Source of the DNA: Lachnospiraceae bacterium
Lineage (GTDB): Bacteria; Bacillota; Clostridia; Lachnospirales; Lachnospiraceae
Direction: 5' to 3'
Assembly (NCBI GenBank): GCA_014804755.1
Contig: JAAUZE010000008.1
Location: 100,109-164,108 of the forward strand
Length of the DNA: 64,000 nucleotides
Below, one piece after another: positions 35,437 to 44,692 of the stretch; within the stretch, counting starts at the first letter, position 1, and each line of letters starts with the position of its first letter. Made by a program: the position numbers and the translations under genes. Below the pieces are notes generated by a model. That model saw only the letters and a program-made list of their open reading frames with translations, did no database searches and was not told where the DNA came from.

Positions 35437-36159
35437 ATGAACATACACGAATTGGGAACGTGGGAACAGCTTCAGAAAAAATTGACATGGGAGCAGCTCG
35501 GGGGATTTTCGGGAAAACGGATTCTGGAGTTCGGCTGCGGAAACGGCGTGATGGGCGCGCATTATGCAAAGGATAACACTGTGATCGCGATAGAGCCGAA
35601 TGCGCAGGTTTTAACGGAGAATCCGTATGAAGATGTGGAGCAGATCTGCGGGGATTTCAAATTATTATCCCGATATGAGGACGAATCGTTTGATGTGATT
35701 TTTTGTCATAATGTACTGGAATACGCCGCAGAGCGCGCGGAAATCTTAAAGGAATTCCAACGACTGTTAAAAAAAGACGGACTTCTTTCCGTATTGAAGC
35801 ATAACCGTCCGGGGCGCGTCATGCAGATGACGGTACTGCTGAACAATTTTGAACATGCGAATGAATTGCTGGACGGAGCATGTGGCGTGAGTCCGCAGTT
35901 TGGGGAAATTCATTATTACGAGGACGAGGATCTGATCAAATGGGCACCAAAGCTGCGGATTGAAAAGATCCTGGGTATGCGGACATTTTGGGATTTACAG
36001 CAGAATCAGGACATACAGAAGGAAGAAGAATGGCAGCAAAAGATGATGCGTTTGGAGCAGCGGGTTTCCGGCATGGAAGAATATCGGAACATCGCGTTCT
36101 TTCACCATGTTTTTTTGAGAAAAGGGAACTGTTCAGAAAGTGCATCTTCAAAGCTGTGA
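35437..36159 (+). CDS. Class I SAM-dependent methyltransferase
   Basis: ILEFGCGNGVMG (motif I) and FDVIFCHNVLEY. Confidence 0.7.
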   Translation: MNIHELGTWEQLQKKLTWEQLGGFSGKRILEFGCGNGVMGAHYAKDNTVIAIEPNAQVLTENPYEDVEQICGDFKLLSRYEDESFDVIFCHNVLEYAAERAEILKEFQRLLKKDGLLSVLKHNRPGRVMQMTVLLNNFEHANELLDGACGVSPQFGEIHYYEDEDLIKWAPKLRIEKILGMRTFWDLQQNQDIQKEEEWQQKMMRLEQRVSGMEEYRNIAFFHHVFLRKGNCSESASSKL

Positions 36160-36302
36160 GGAACGAGGTTTTGAACACTTACGAAGAAATAAAGTCAGCA
36201 TGAGCGAGGGAATACAAGCATGGACTTGTTCTCTATACGAATATGGCGCCTGTGGCATGAACGCATGCGCGTCGCGGTTTGCAGAAAGGCAGGGGGACTT
36301 TT

Positions 36303-37070
36303 ATGATCTTAACAGAGTTTGATTCGATAAAAAAAGCAGTCATCAATCCGGAAGATATTATCAAGCCGGTGGAGGGCATGCCGGAGGTGGCGGTCGCCTG
36401 CTATTCTCATATGACGTTTGAAAGAATGGTCGAGGAATTGGATGCAAAGATCTTTGCGGAGACAAGTACCGCAAATGGTGTGAAACCGGTTTACAAGGCA
36501 GTGTACAAGGGCATGGATGTTGCGCTGTTTATGGTCGACGTGGGCGCGCCTATGAGCGTGGGGATGTTGGAAGATGTATTTATGATGGGCGTTAAGAAAG
36601 CGATCATTTTCGGAACCTGCGGCGTGCTTGACAAAAGCATCGACGACTGTTCTGTCATTATTCCTGATTGCGCGGTGAGGGACGAGGGAACAAGCTACCA
36701 CTATGCGCCAGCATCGGATGAGATCGAAGTAAATAGGAAGTATCTGGAAGTGTTTACCGGTATGCTGGATGAACTTCAGGTGAAATATACGGTAGGGAAA
36801 ACATGGACGACGGATGCGTTTTATCGTGAGACGCCGGAAAAAGTCAGGCGCAGAAAAGAGCAGGGCTGTATCTGTGTGGATATGGAATGCTCGGCGGATG
36901 CGGCAGTCGCGCAGTTTCGCGAAAAAGACCTGATCCAGTTTTTCTATGCGGCGGATAATCTGGATGCGGAGGAATGGGATGTGCGGAGCTTAAGCAATCA
37001 TTCCAAATTGGAGGAAAAAGACCGGATCGCCATGATCGCGCTGGAGCTGGCGGCGCGGGTTTCGCGTTAG
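36303..37070 (+). CDS. Nucleoside phosphorylase (PNP/UDP-1 family)
   Basis: GVGAPMSVGMLEDV, FGTCGVL, WTTDAFYRET and VDMECSA. Confidence 0.65.
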   Translation: MILTEFDSIKKAVINPEDIIKPVEGMPEVAVACYSHMTFERMVEELDAKIFAETSTANGVKPVYKAVYKGMDVALFMVDVGAPMSVGMLEDVFMMGVKKAIIFGTCGVLDKSIDDCSVIIPDCAVRDEGTSYHYAPASDEIEVNRKYLEVFTGMLDELQVKYTVGKTWTTDAFYRETPEKVRRRKEQGCICVDMECSADAAVAQFREKDLIQFFYAADNLDAEEWDVRSLSNHSKLEEKDRIAMIALELAARVSR

Positions 37071-37130
37071 GAGACGGTCCGGCCAAGAAAAGCGGTGCGG
37101 ACGATTGAAACGGTGAGGAAGGAGAGAAAT

Positions 37131-37760
37131 ATGAACGCGTATTGGAAGAAAAATCTTTTTCCGCTGGCGGTAGAAATTGCTTTTATCATTTCGTGCTTTG
37201 TGATTCCGGCGGAGTATTTTATCTATACGAATTTTCTGTTTTATTTTGTGCTGCTCCTTTATTTCGTCGCGGTAAAGGATTTCTCGGTAAAGGAGTGGGG
37301 AAGAAGCTTAAAAGCTGGGAAAGCGTTTTGGAAGCCCGTGGGGATCACCGTATTCTTTTTTATGCTGGCGTTTGCGGCAACCATGATATTGGAAAGCACG
37401 TTTCCGCAATGGGATACGGGAATGATCGGATTAAGGCGTGACAATTGGTTCACGCTTGTATTGTTTGCCATTTCGACGATCGTTCTGCCGCCCGTTGTAG
37501 AGGAGACCTTTTATCGGAAAAACCTGATTTTGACGGGAAATAAAAACGTGATGGCGGCGACCGTGATATGCAGCATGCTTCTTTATGCGGCGGAGCATTC
37601 CCTGACGCCATGGGGGATTTTTCTCACGATGCTCTGGGCGCTGCCGCTCAGCGTTTCCTATGTAAAAACCAAGAATGTATTTATCCCGATGACGGCGCAT
37701 TTCATGGTTAATTTCGTGGGAAACGGCGCGGACGTGGTATTTACGATCATCGGCATGTGA
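37131..37760 (+). CDS. CPBP-family intramembrane glutamic endopeptidase (CAAX protease-like)
   Basis: VVEETFYRKNL (EExxxR motif), AAEHS and HFMVNF, plus multiple TM helices. Confidence 0.7.
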   Translation: MNAYWKKNLFPLAVEIAFIISCFVIPAEYFIYTNFLFYFVLLLYFVAVKDFSVKEWGRSLKAGKAFWKPVGITVFFFMLAFAATMILESTFPQWDTGMIGLRRDNWFTLVLFAISTIVLPPVVEETFYRKNLILTGNKNVMAATVICSMLLYAAEHSLTPWGIFLTMLWALPLSVSYVKTKNVFIPMTAHFMVNFVGNGADVVFTIIGM

Positions 37761-37799
37761 TAGTCGGCACGGATGGATCGCAGAAAAAGGAGGAATGGC

Positions 37800-38018
37800 A
37801 TGTTCGGAAAAAAGAAGCTTCAAGTGGAATACTATGACAAAGAAAATGTAAAGCCGGTCATCCGCGCCAGCATCTGCACGGGAGAGCAGGTTGCCGGATT
37901 TAAGAATATTCATACCGGAAAGTTTGAGGAGATCATGCTGATCCGGGACGAGCGGGATAAAGAAGTATTTTTGAGCAGGTACGGCATTTCGGCGGGGGAA
38001 ATCACAAAGGAATATTAA
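37800..38018 (+). CDS. Conserved small hypothetical protein
   Basis: AGGAGG RBS; 72 aa; contains the CTGEQVAGFK segment. Function unknown. Confidence 0.45.
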   Translation: MFGKKKLQVEYYDKENVKPVIRASICTGEQVAGFKNIHTGKFEEIMLIRDERDKEVFLSRYGISAGEITKEY

Positions 38019-38043
38019 TTGCTGCAGAGAAAGAGAGATAAAT

Positions 38044-38787
38044 ATGCAGATAGATTTTTATTATTGGGGCGGCATGTGTCCTATTTCAGACGAAATCATT
38101 CAAATGCTGTCACGTTGGGATAACAAATTTGATATTCGGTTGCATGACATAACAAATGATTTTGATCTGGCAAAAAATAAAAGCATGTTCTTTCCGTTCC
38201 TCACGATTGTGAATCATAAAGAAAGATATTATGGCCCTGTTTCAGAAGCATTCTTACAAACGTTAAGTACGGGAATGCTGCCAAAAGAAACTCCATATAG
38301 AATTACGATGGGAACAGTCGAAAAAAGCGAGGTCATTCAGCCGATACATAAGGATAATTATTTTCTTGCGTCACAGTGTACCGGTAGAAGGAATTGTTCA
38401 GGATGTAGTTCAAAGGTTAAAATGTATCAGGATTTTCCGGATGGAATAATCGGGTTTATGAATATGGATAACGAAACATTGTTGGGGGGCGCGGAGTACG
38501 TTCCATCTTTGTACGTCCCATATGATATTCCTAAGGGACAGGAAATTGCATTTATTACCTGTGTTTATTTGTCAGATGAGACTTTTGATTATAAATCAGC
38601 ACCATTGAGGGCATTAGAACAATATCTGTCAAAGCGGTACAAAAAAGCGATTGTTATTTCAGATGAAGAAGGTACTTTTCCGAATGGGGATTTACAATTT
38701 TTCGAGAAAAACGGATATCATGATGAGAAAGTGATTTTTGAGGATCGTTATTGCAGACTGCATCTCTTAGTGAAAGATTTAATTTAA
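38044..38787 (+). CDS. Hypothetical protein (thioredoxin-like N-terminal region; tentative)
   Basis: This is a long ORF with coding-like composition. The N-terminal YYWGGMCPIS...FFPFLTIVN suggests a Trx-like fold, but this is not verified. Confidence 0.35.
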   Translation: MQIDFYYWGGMCPISDEIIQMLSRWDNKFDIRLHDITNDFDLAKNKSMFFPFLTIVNHKERYYGPVSEAFLQTLSTGMLPKETPYRITMGTVEKSEVIQPIHKDNYFLASQCTGRRNCSGCSSKVKMYQDFPDGIIGFMNMDNETLLGGAEYVPSLYVPYDIPKGQEIAFITCVYLSDETFDYKSAPLRALEQYLSKRYKKAIVISDEEGTFPNGDLQFFEKNGYHDEKVIFEDRYCRLHLLVKDLI

Positions 38788-38802
38788 TAAATAAAAATTT
38801 GA

Positions 38803-38831
38803 TTGACATAGTTGAACTCCATTTATATAAT
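38803..38831 (+). promoter_or_regulatory. Consensus sigma-70/SigA promoter
   Basis: TTGACA (38803-38808), a 17-nt spacer, then TATAAT (38826-38831). Both hexamers are perfect. Confidence 0.7.
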
Positions 38832-38837
38832 ACTAGT

Positions 38838-38956
38838 ATAGATGAGCAATCATCAGGTGAGTCCTACCGATAAGTGGAATCGATAAGAGAGTATTTCCGT
38901 TGCGACGGATACTACCGAAAGGCTATGCTTTGGCGTAGCCTTTTCTATTATTTTTT
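38838..38956 (+). ncRNA. Orphan small RNA candidate (about 115 nt) between a consensus promoter and an intrinsic terminator
   Basis: No ORF with an RBS. Internal hairpins are GATGA-GCAA-TCATC (GNRA loop) and GTAT..CCGT-TGCG-ACGG-ATAC (UNCG-type loop). The terminator is GGCTATG-CTTTGG-CGTAGCC followed by TTTTCTATTATTTTTT. Confidence 0.5.
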
Positions 38957-39072
38957 AACACAAACATGACACACAGATGTCATGTTTTGCGTTCTATGAT
39001 AAATAAAAGCGGAGACAGAAGCGATAAAAGCGATGTGCCGCGGGCGAGGGTGCGGCATACAGGAGGACCGCC

Positions 39073-39987
39073 ATGAAAATAGACAGACTGATCGGAATTT
39101 TGTCCATATTACTGCAAAAGGATACCGTGACCGCGCCTGACCTGGCGGAGAAGTTTGAGGTTTCCAGACGAACGATCAACCGGGATATTGAAGATCTGTG
39201 TAAAGCGGGCATTCCCATTGTGACGCGGCAGGGAGCGGGCGGCGGCATCTCGATCATGGACAACTATAAGATAGACCGGACACTAGTGAATCACGCGGAG
39301 ATGCAGGATATTCTCGCGGGGCTTCGCAGCTTAGACAGCGTAAACGGAACCAATCGGTACGGACAATTGATGGAAAAATTATCGGTCGGTTCCTCGGATT
39401 TTTTAGTCGGAAATCAGTCAGTGCTGATCGATCTCTCCTCGTGGTATAAAGAATCACTTGCGCCCAAGATCGAATTGATACGCGCCGCGATCGATGTGAA
39501 AAAAGAACTGCTGTTTACCTACTATTCTCCGAGCGGTGAATCCGTCCGGCGCATCGAGCCGTATTATCTGATCTTTCGATGGTCAAGCTGGTATGTGTGG
39601 GGCTTTTGCAAAATGCGGGAGGATTTCCGGCTGTTCAAGCTAAACCGCATGGAGGATGTGCGCGTGTCGGAGGAGGTGTTTGTAAAGAGGAAAGCAGATG
39701 TGCCGGATTTAAATGATGAGGGTATCTTTCCCGGCGGAATCAAGGTGAAAGCACTTTTTGAACCGGAATGCAAATGGAGACTGGTCGAAGAGTTCGGGAC
39801 GGAATGCTTTCGGGAAACGGAGAACGGGAAGCTGCTTTTTCAGGCGGATTATACAAACAGGGAAAATCTGATCACGTGGCTCATGACGTTTCGGGAAAAA
39901 GTGGAGCTTTTGGAACCGGAGGAGATCCGGGCGGAGCTTATCGCGTGTTTTGAGAGGATACGCAGAAAATATGATTCGGGCAGCTAG
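39073..39987 (+). CDS. YafY-family transcriptional regulator (HTH plus WYL domain)
   Basis: The HTH_11-type segment is MKIDRLIGILSILLQKDTVTAPDLAEKFEVSRRTINRDIEDLCKAGIPI. The WYL core is LLFTYYSPSGESVRRIEPYYLIFRWSSWYVWGFCKMREDFRLFKLNRM. Confidence 0.8.
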   Translation: MKIDRLIGILSILLQKDTVTAPDLAEKFEVSRRTINRDIEDLCKAGIPIVTRQGAGGGISIMDNYKIDRTLVNHAEMQDILAGLRSLDSVNGTNRYGQLMEKLSVGSSDFLVGNQSVLIDLSSWYKESLAPKIELIRAAIDVKKELLFTYYSPSGESVRRIEPYYLIFRWSSWYVWGFCKMREDFRLFKLNRMEDVRVSEEVFVKRKADVPDLNDEGIFPGGIKVKALFEPECKWRLVEEFGTECFRETENGKLLFQADYTNRENLITWLMTFREKVELLEPEEIRAELIACFERIRRKYDSGS

Positions 39988-40088
39988 AGAACGGCGGTTC
40001 GGGGGTAAATGGTACAGGCGATGGAGAGAAATAGGATACCTTGTGCATATACTTAAACGCATAGATGGAGTAAGATAGGAGGACAAAG

Positions 40089-40841
40089 ATGAGATATACA
40101 TGGATCGATGAATTTTTGTTAAGCAAACCGGGAGTGACGAAGGATTTGCAGAATGATTGGAATTGGCTTCGCTATCAGATCGGCGGCAAGATGTTCGCGG
40201 CCATCTGCATGGGGGAAAACGATGAGCCTTACTATATCACATTGAAACTGGAACCGATGGAGGGGGAGTTCTTCAGACAGCAATATGAGGACATTGTTCC
40301 CGGCTTTTATATGAATAAAGTGCATTGGAATTCCGTGAAGCCGGACGGCGCAGTACCGGATGAGCTGTTAAAAGATATGCTGGACAAGTCGTATCAGCTG
40401 GTACTTGGCGGACTGAGCAAGAAAAAGCAGAAGGAGATATTGGAAGGCGCGGCTTGCGGTCAGATTGCGGACAGCGAAAAAGGAGCATCGGGCGGAAGCG
40501 GGGATTATGGCAGGGAGGCTGCGCACGAAGCCGGAAACACTTGCGGCGGTACTGCGCACGAAGCACTCAGCTGCTGCGGTACGCAGTGCAGGGAATGCGC
40601 CTGCTATGGAACGATGTGCAAGGGCTGTAATGAGAGTGCCGGAAAAGTGTTCCACGCGCCGGAGGGACAGGCCTGCCCCATTTATGAATGCTCGGTTAAT
40701 CAAAAAAAGCAGAAAAACTGCGGCGGCTGTCAGAACCTTCCGTGCGATATTTGGAGAAACACGAAAGACCCGTCCATGTCGGATGAGGAATTTGAAAACA
40801 ATATCCGGCAGCGAGTCGAAAATGTGAGAAAAACTTGTTGA
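40089..40841 (+). CDS. MmcQ/YjbR-family domain fused to a Cys-rich DUF3795-like domain
   Basis: The N-terminus has GKMFAAI...YITLKLEP...PGFYMNKVHWNSV (YjbR). The C-terminus has CGTQCRECACYGTMCKGC...CPIYEC...CGGCQNLPC. Confidence 0.55.
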   Translation: MRYTWIDEFLLSKPGVTKDLQNDWNWLRYQIGGKMFAAICMGENDEPYYITLKLEPMEGEFFRQQYEDIVPGFYMNKVHWNSVKPDGAVPDELLKDMLDKSYQLVLGGLSKKKQKEILEGAACGQIADSEKGASGGSGDYGREAAHEAGNTCGGTAHEALSCCGTQCRECACYGTMCKGCNESAGKVFHAPEGQACPIYECSVNQKKQKNCGGCQNLPCDIWRNTKDPSMSDEEFENNIRQRVENVRKTC

Positions 40842-40955
40842 ATTCGCGCTAATGATCGCAAACGCAGGAGAAACGAAAAAACCTAGGGCGGTATGCGTTT
40901 ACGGCGGAATGTTCGAAAACATGCAAAAGTAGAAAGAAAAGAGGAAGGAAAGCAC

Positions 40956-41591
40956 ATGGCATTTGATTATAAAAAAGAATACAAGCAATTTTACATGCCC
41001 AAAAACAAACCGGGTATTGTGGAAATACCGCCCATGAATTATCTGGCGGTTCGCGGCAGCGGAGATCCGAATGAAGAAGGAAGCGAGTACAAGCAGTCCA
41101 TCGGACTGCTCTACGCGATCGCGTTTACAATCAAAATGAGCAAAATGGGTGATCACCGGATCGAGGGATATTTCGACTATGTTGTTCCGCCGCTGGAAGG
41201 CTTTTGGTGGCAGGATGGTGTAAAGGGAATCGATTATAGCCATAAAGAAAATTTTCAATTTATTTCCGTTATCAGACTGCCCGATTTTGTGACAAAAGCA
41301 GATTTTGACTGGGCAATCGGGGAAGCGGAGCGGAAAAAGAAAGCGGATTTTTCAAAAGTGGAATGGATGACCTACAATGAGGGTCTGTGCGTGCAATGCA
41401 TGCATATCGGCGCATATGACGATGAGCCGAAAACGGTCCGACTGATGCATGATTTTATGGAGGAGCAGGGTTATGAGCTTGACATTACGGAAAGCCGTTA
41501 TCATCATGAGATTTATTTAAGCGACGCAAGAAAGGTGGCGCCTGAACGGCTTAAAACTGTTTTAAGACATCCAATCAAAAGCGCACTGTGA
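40956..41591 (+). CDS. GyrI-like small-molecule-binding domain protein
   Basis: FDYKKEYKQFYMPKNKPGIVEIPPMNYLAVRGSGDPN...PLEGFWW...CVQCMHIGAYDDE. Confidence 0.6.
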   Translation: MAFDYKKEYKQFYMPKNKPGIVEIPPMNYLAVRGSGDPNEEGSEYKQSIGLLYAIAFTIKMSKMGDHRIEGYFDYVVPPLEGFWWQDGVKGIDYSHKENFQFISVIRLPDFVTKADFDWAIGEAERKKKADFSKVEWMTYNEGLCVQCMHIGAYDDEPKTVRLMHDFMEEQGYELDITESRYHHEIYLSDARKVAPERLKTVLRHPIKSAL

Positions 41592-41712
41592 TGAAAGGAT
41601 TGACATACGGGAGAGCAATTATAGTCTTATTCTTTTTACGGAATTGTGCACCCGTTTATAATTGGTTATAATTGCAATAACAATAAGAATTATACGGAAA
41701 AGGAGACTGAAA

Positions 41713-42135
41713 ATGCAGATCGTACCTACGCTAAGTTTTGGAGGAAATTGTCGGGAAGCCATTCATATGTATGAAAAGGCATTTAATGGGAAGATTAGTT
41801 GTCTGATTACATATGGAGAAGCGAATGATCCCGAATATAATCCGTTGCTTAAAGAAAATCAAAAAGAGTATATATACCATTCGGAACTTGTATTGGGCAA
41901 TCAAAGAATCATTATGAGCGACCATGTGGATATTGAATTTCAAACGTGCTATTCAAATTTCCTCACTGTTATGTATGATACAAAAGAAGAAGTGCAAAGA
42001 GCATATGAAATCATGAAAGAAGGAAGTAAGACAATATATCAACTGGAAGCGACTCCATATAGTTCTTGTCGAGTTGTTTTTGTTGATAAGTTTGGAATTC
42101 GTTGGGGAATTATGACCGAGCAAACAGCGGAATAA
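41713..42135 (+). CDS. VOC/glyoxalase-superfamily protein (PhnB-like)
   Basis: MQIVPTLSFGGNCREAIHMYEKAFNG...DKFGIRWGI. Confidence 0.6.
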   Translation: MQIVPTLSFGGNCREAIHMYEKAFNGKISCLITYGEANDPEYNPLLKENQKEYIYHSELVLGNQRIIMSDHVDIEFQTCYSNFLTVMYDTKEEVQRAYEIMKEGSKTIYQLEATPYSSCRVVFVDKFGIRWGIMTEQTAE

Positions 42136-42159
42136 AGCAGAGATGCGGGAGAGTCAGTT

Positions 42160-42873
42160 ATGTGCGGACGCTACTATATGGAGGATGATACTGCAAAAGA
42201 GATCGAGAAAGTCATTCGCTGGGTGGATGAAAAACTGCGCGCACAGCGGACTGTGCAGGAAGCAACGCGGAAACAGGAGGCAGGAATTACGCAGGAGAAG
42301 AACCCTTGGAATGAAGGAAAAGGGAACGTTGCGGCAGGAATCGGGAAGGCGGGAGACATTTACCCTGCGGCACTTGCACCCGTGCTCGGCGCCGGGATGG
42401 AAACCGCCGGATACAGAACCTTAGATTGCCGCATGCTGCGCTGGGGACTGCCGGGATATACGCTGAAGGGAAACGGCAAAAAAGGACAGGTTATTTTTAA
42501 TGCACGGAGCGAAACTGCGATGGAGAAACCGACCTTTCGGGAGGGGATAAAAAACCATCGCATTGTGATCCCGGCGGCGGGCTTTTATGAGTGGAACCAC
42601 AAAAAAGAAAAATATCGTTTTCGCAGAACCGATTCGCCCGTACTTTTTATGGCGGGATGTTTTCGGCGTTATGAGGACGGCGATCGGTTTGTCATCCTGA
42701 CAACGGCGGCGAATGCATCTATGGAACCGGTGCATGACCGCATGCCGCTTATTTTGGAACCGGACGAGATCGCGGATTGGATATGGGACGGGGAGCGGAC
42801 GAAAAATCTGTTGGAAAAACAACCCTGCCTTTTAGAGCGCACGACGGACTATGAGCAGATGACGCTCTTTTAA
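42160..42873 (+). CDS. SOS response-associated peptidase (SRAP/YedK family), abasic-site processing protein
   Basis: It begins MCGRY, giving the catalytic Cys2. Also present: FNARSETAMEKPTFR, PAAGFYEW and HDRMPLIL. Confidence 0.85.
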   Translation: MCGRYYMEDDTAKEIEKVIRWVDEKLRAQRTVQEATRKQEAGITQEKNPWNEGKGNVAAGIGKAGDIYPAALAPVLGAGMETAGYRTLDCRMLRWGLPGYTLKGNGKKGQVIFNARSETAMEKPTFREGIKNHRIVIPAAGFYEWNHKKEKYRFRRTDSPVLFMAGCFRRYEDGDRFVILTTAANASMEPVHDRMPLILEPDEIADWIWDGERTKNLLEKQPCLLERTTDYEQMTLF

Positions 42874-42892
42874 GCGCATGGAAAAAAATACC
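42823..42892 (+). repeat. Left direct repeat (covers the last 51 nt of the SRAP gene plus 19 nt downstream)
   Basis: About 64 of 70 positions match 45547-45616 by hand alignment. Confidence 0.85.
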
Positions 42893-43257
42893 CACAACGT
42901 GCATTTTAGATATATTCCTGAATTGTAAAGTTAACTTCCATATGAAACGGTAAATTCTACATGCACTTTGAAAACGCCATAAATTTTAAAGTTTTTAGTT
43001 ACGATAACTTCCGAAATGTGGTATACTCATCTCAAATTTATGCTAAAAATCGTGTTTAGAAGCATGGCAAACAGGCCTCTGGAAGATGGGTGTGTCAGAC
43101 TAACTTCTACAGGCCGTTAGAGATATGTTTGATTTCTGACCAGCGGCGGTTTTGCATAAGTTTATAAAGCTACTTAAGCAGCTTCGGGGACAGCTTTACT
43201 TCATCGGGTGCGATGTACCGGAGCTGCAGCTTTTGTAGCGTCTCCAGATCTGAGAGG

Positions 43258-43503
43258 ATGGTTCCTTTAAAAATAGTTAGTGCATTATTAATTGTTTCAC
43301 CAATTATTGTACCCATTTCTCCAATTAACAACATTGATATTATATTATCTATTCCGCTAGCATTTTTGGGATTGGCAATTATTGTTGCATGCTCTGTTAA
43401 TGATTATGAGAGCAAAGAACCTTTAGAGTTGAAAGATAAAATTGACCATAATAAATGTACAATAGGTTCTTGTAATCAACTAATTAATTATTTATCAAAA
43501 TAA
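43258..43503 (+). CDS. Small two-TM membrane protein
   Basis: RBS GAGAGG before the ATG at 43258. It has two hydrophobic helices (IVSALLIVSPIIVPI and LSIPLAFLGLAIIVA). Confidence 0.4.
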   Translation: MVPLKIVSALLIVSPIIVPISPINNIDIILSIPLAFLGLAIIVACSVNDYESKEPLELKDKIDHNKCTIGSCNQLINYLSK

Positions 43504-43736
43504 GCATTTAAGTCAAACACATAGTCGTAAGTAACAGGTAGTAAAATTTGAAATACTTAAAGCATAATATAGTGTTACAAAAGAAATAAGACATCAACTA
43601 ATGTGTTTTTATTGTACGACTACCCTTTCATATTATGCAAAAATATGTTCTGTATAGTATTGACACGCAATATGTAGTATAATGTCAATATTGGTATTTT
43701 ATTATAAAACCATTGACAATTGCGAGGAAAATATTA

Positions 43737-44480
43737 ATGAAATCGATAGGAACTTCAATGCATGAAGATTTATCACTATTTATAGATGAATCTGGCAGCA
43801 TAACTAAAACTAATATATCTTTTAATAGGTACTTTATTATTGCCATTCTATTTACACGGAAATATAGTAGATTGCAAAGATATTTTCAAAAGGGAATTGC
43901 GTCTTTATTGCAAAACCCCAAATATAAAATAATGCTGGAAGAAAATGGAGAAATAAAGGGAAGTAAGTTATCGGAAACAAAAAAGAAACCTATTTACGAT
44001 CGTATTATAAGAAATTGCTCAGAAGATTTTGAATTGGGAATAATTGTTTTAGATAATACATATACTACAGATGAGTTTATAAAAAATCATGCTAGAACAT
44101 TCAATTATATATTGCAACTCTACTTAGATAATATGTTTAGACATTGTAGTAAGTATTCTAAAAATACAAGAGATATGAGAATATTGATAGATGAACAAAA
44201 TATTTCTACAGATGCTAAGTATACATTGGATGATTATCTAGAACAGCATTTTACTGTTATGAATCCATTATGTCGCACGGTAGATGTTAAATATACAGAT
44301 TCTAAAAACCACCCTATGATTCAATTAATTGACTTTATATCTAACACTTTTTATCGAAACCTTGAAAAACATGATAAAACAAGTATAGAAACTGTAAAAA
44401 TGTTACTTCCCTATGTTTGTGGCGGAAAAATATTTGATTTTTCAACTAATCATGACACAAGATTAATGTTGGATGAATAA
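43737..44480 (+). CDS. DUF3800-family protein
   Basis: The N-terminal LFIDESGS motif and the C-terminal LIDFISN-type motif are characteristic of DUF3800. The start could be 43713, 43737 or 43758. Confidence 0.6.
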   Translation: MKSIGTSMHEDLSLFIDESGSITKTNISFNRYFIIAILFTRKYSRLQRYFQKGIASLLQNPKYKIMLEENGEIKGSKLSETKKKPIYDRIIRNCSEDFELGIIVLDNTYTTDEFIKNHARTFNYILQLYLDNMFRHCSKYSKNTRDMRILIDEQNISTDAKYTLDDYLEQHFTVMNPLCRTVDVKYTDSKNHPMIQLIDFISNTFYRNLEKHDKTSIETVKMLLPYVCGGKIFDFSTNHDTRLMLDE

Positions 44481-44659
44481 TATAGAATGTACTTGACAAC
44501 ATTATTATGGTATGTTATATTTACTTCACCAAGTAATTTCCCTTATACGGTGCATGAGGATGTAAGGCGGCTGTAATGTCGTCCACCATAGGGTTTTGGT
44601 AGAAAGACATTCCAGATATGGGATGTTTTTTCGCTTTATAAGTAAATATTTTCATATAT

Positions 44660-44692
44660 AAAAGAGACGGGATTGATCACCTCGTCTCTTTT
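44660..44692. terminator. Bidirectional-looking intrinsic terminator
   Basis: AAAAGAGACG, a 13-nt loop, then CGTCTCTTTT. The A and T tracts are built into the stem ends. Confidence 0.6.

Noticed and set aside
43100-43262. A GC-richer patch at the left edge of the AT-rich island. Its minus strand reads …TILSDLETLQKLQLRYIAPDEVKLSPKLLK*, which could be the C-terminal remnant of a recombinase or transposase
   Set aside because: Only about 30 codons are open, and there is no diagnostic motif. The family cannot be assigned from sequence alone, so it is noted only as possible gene debris.
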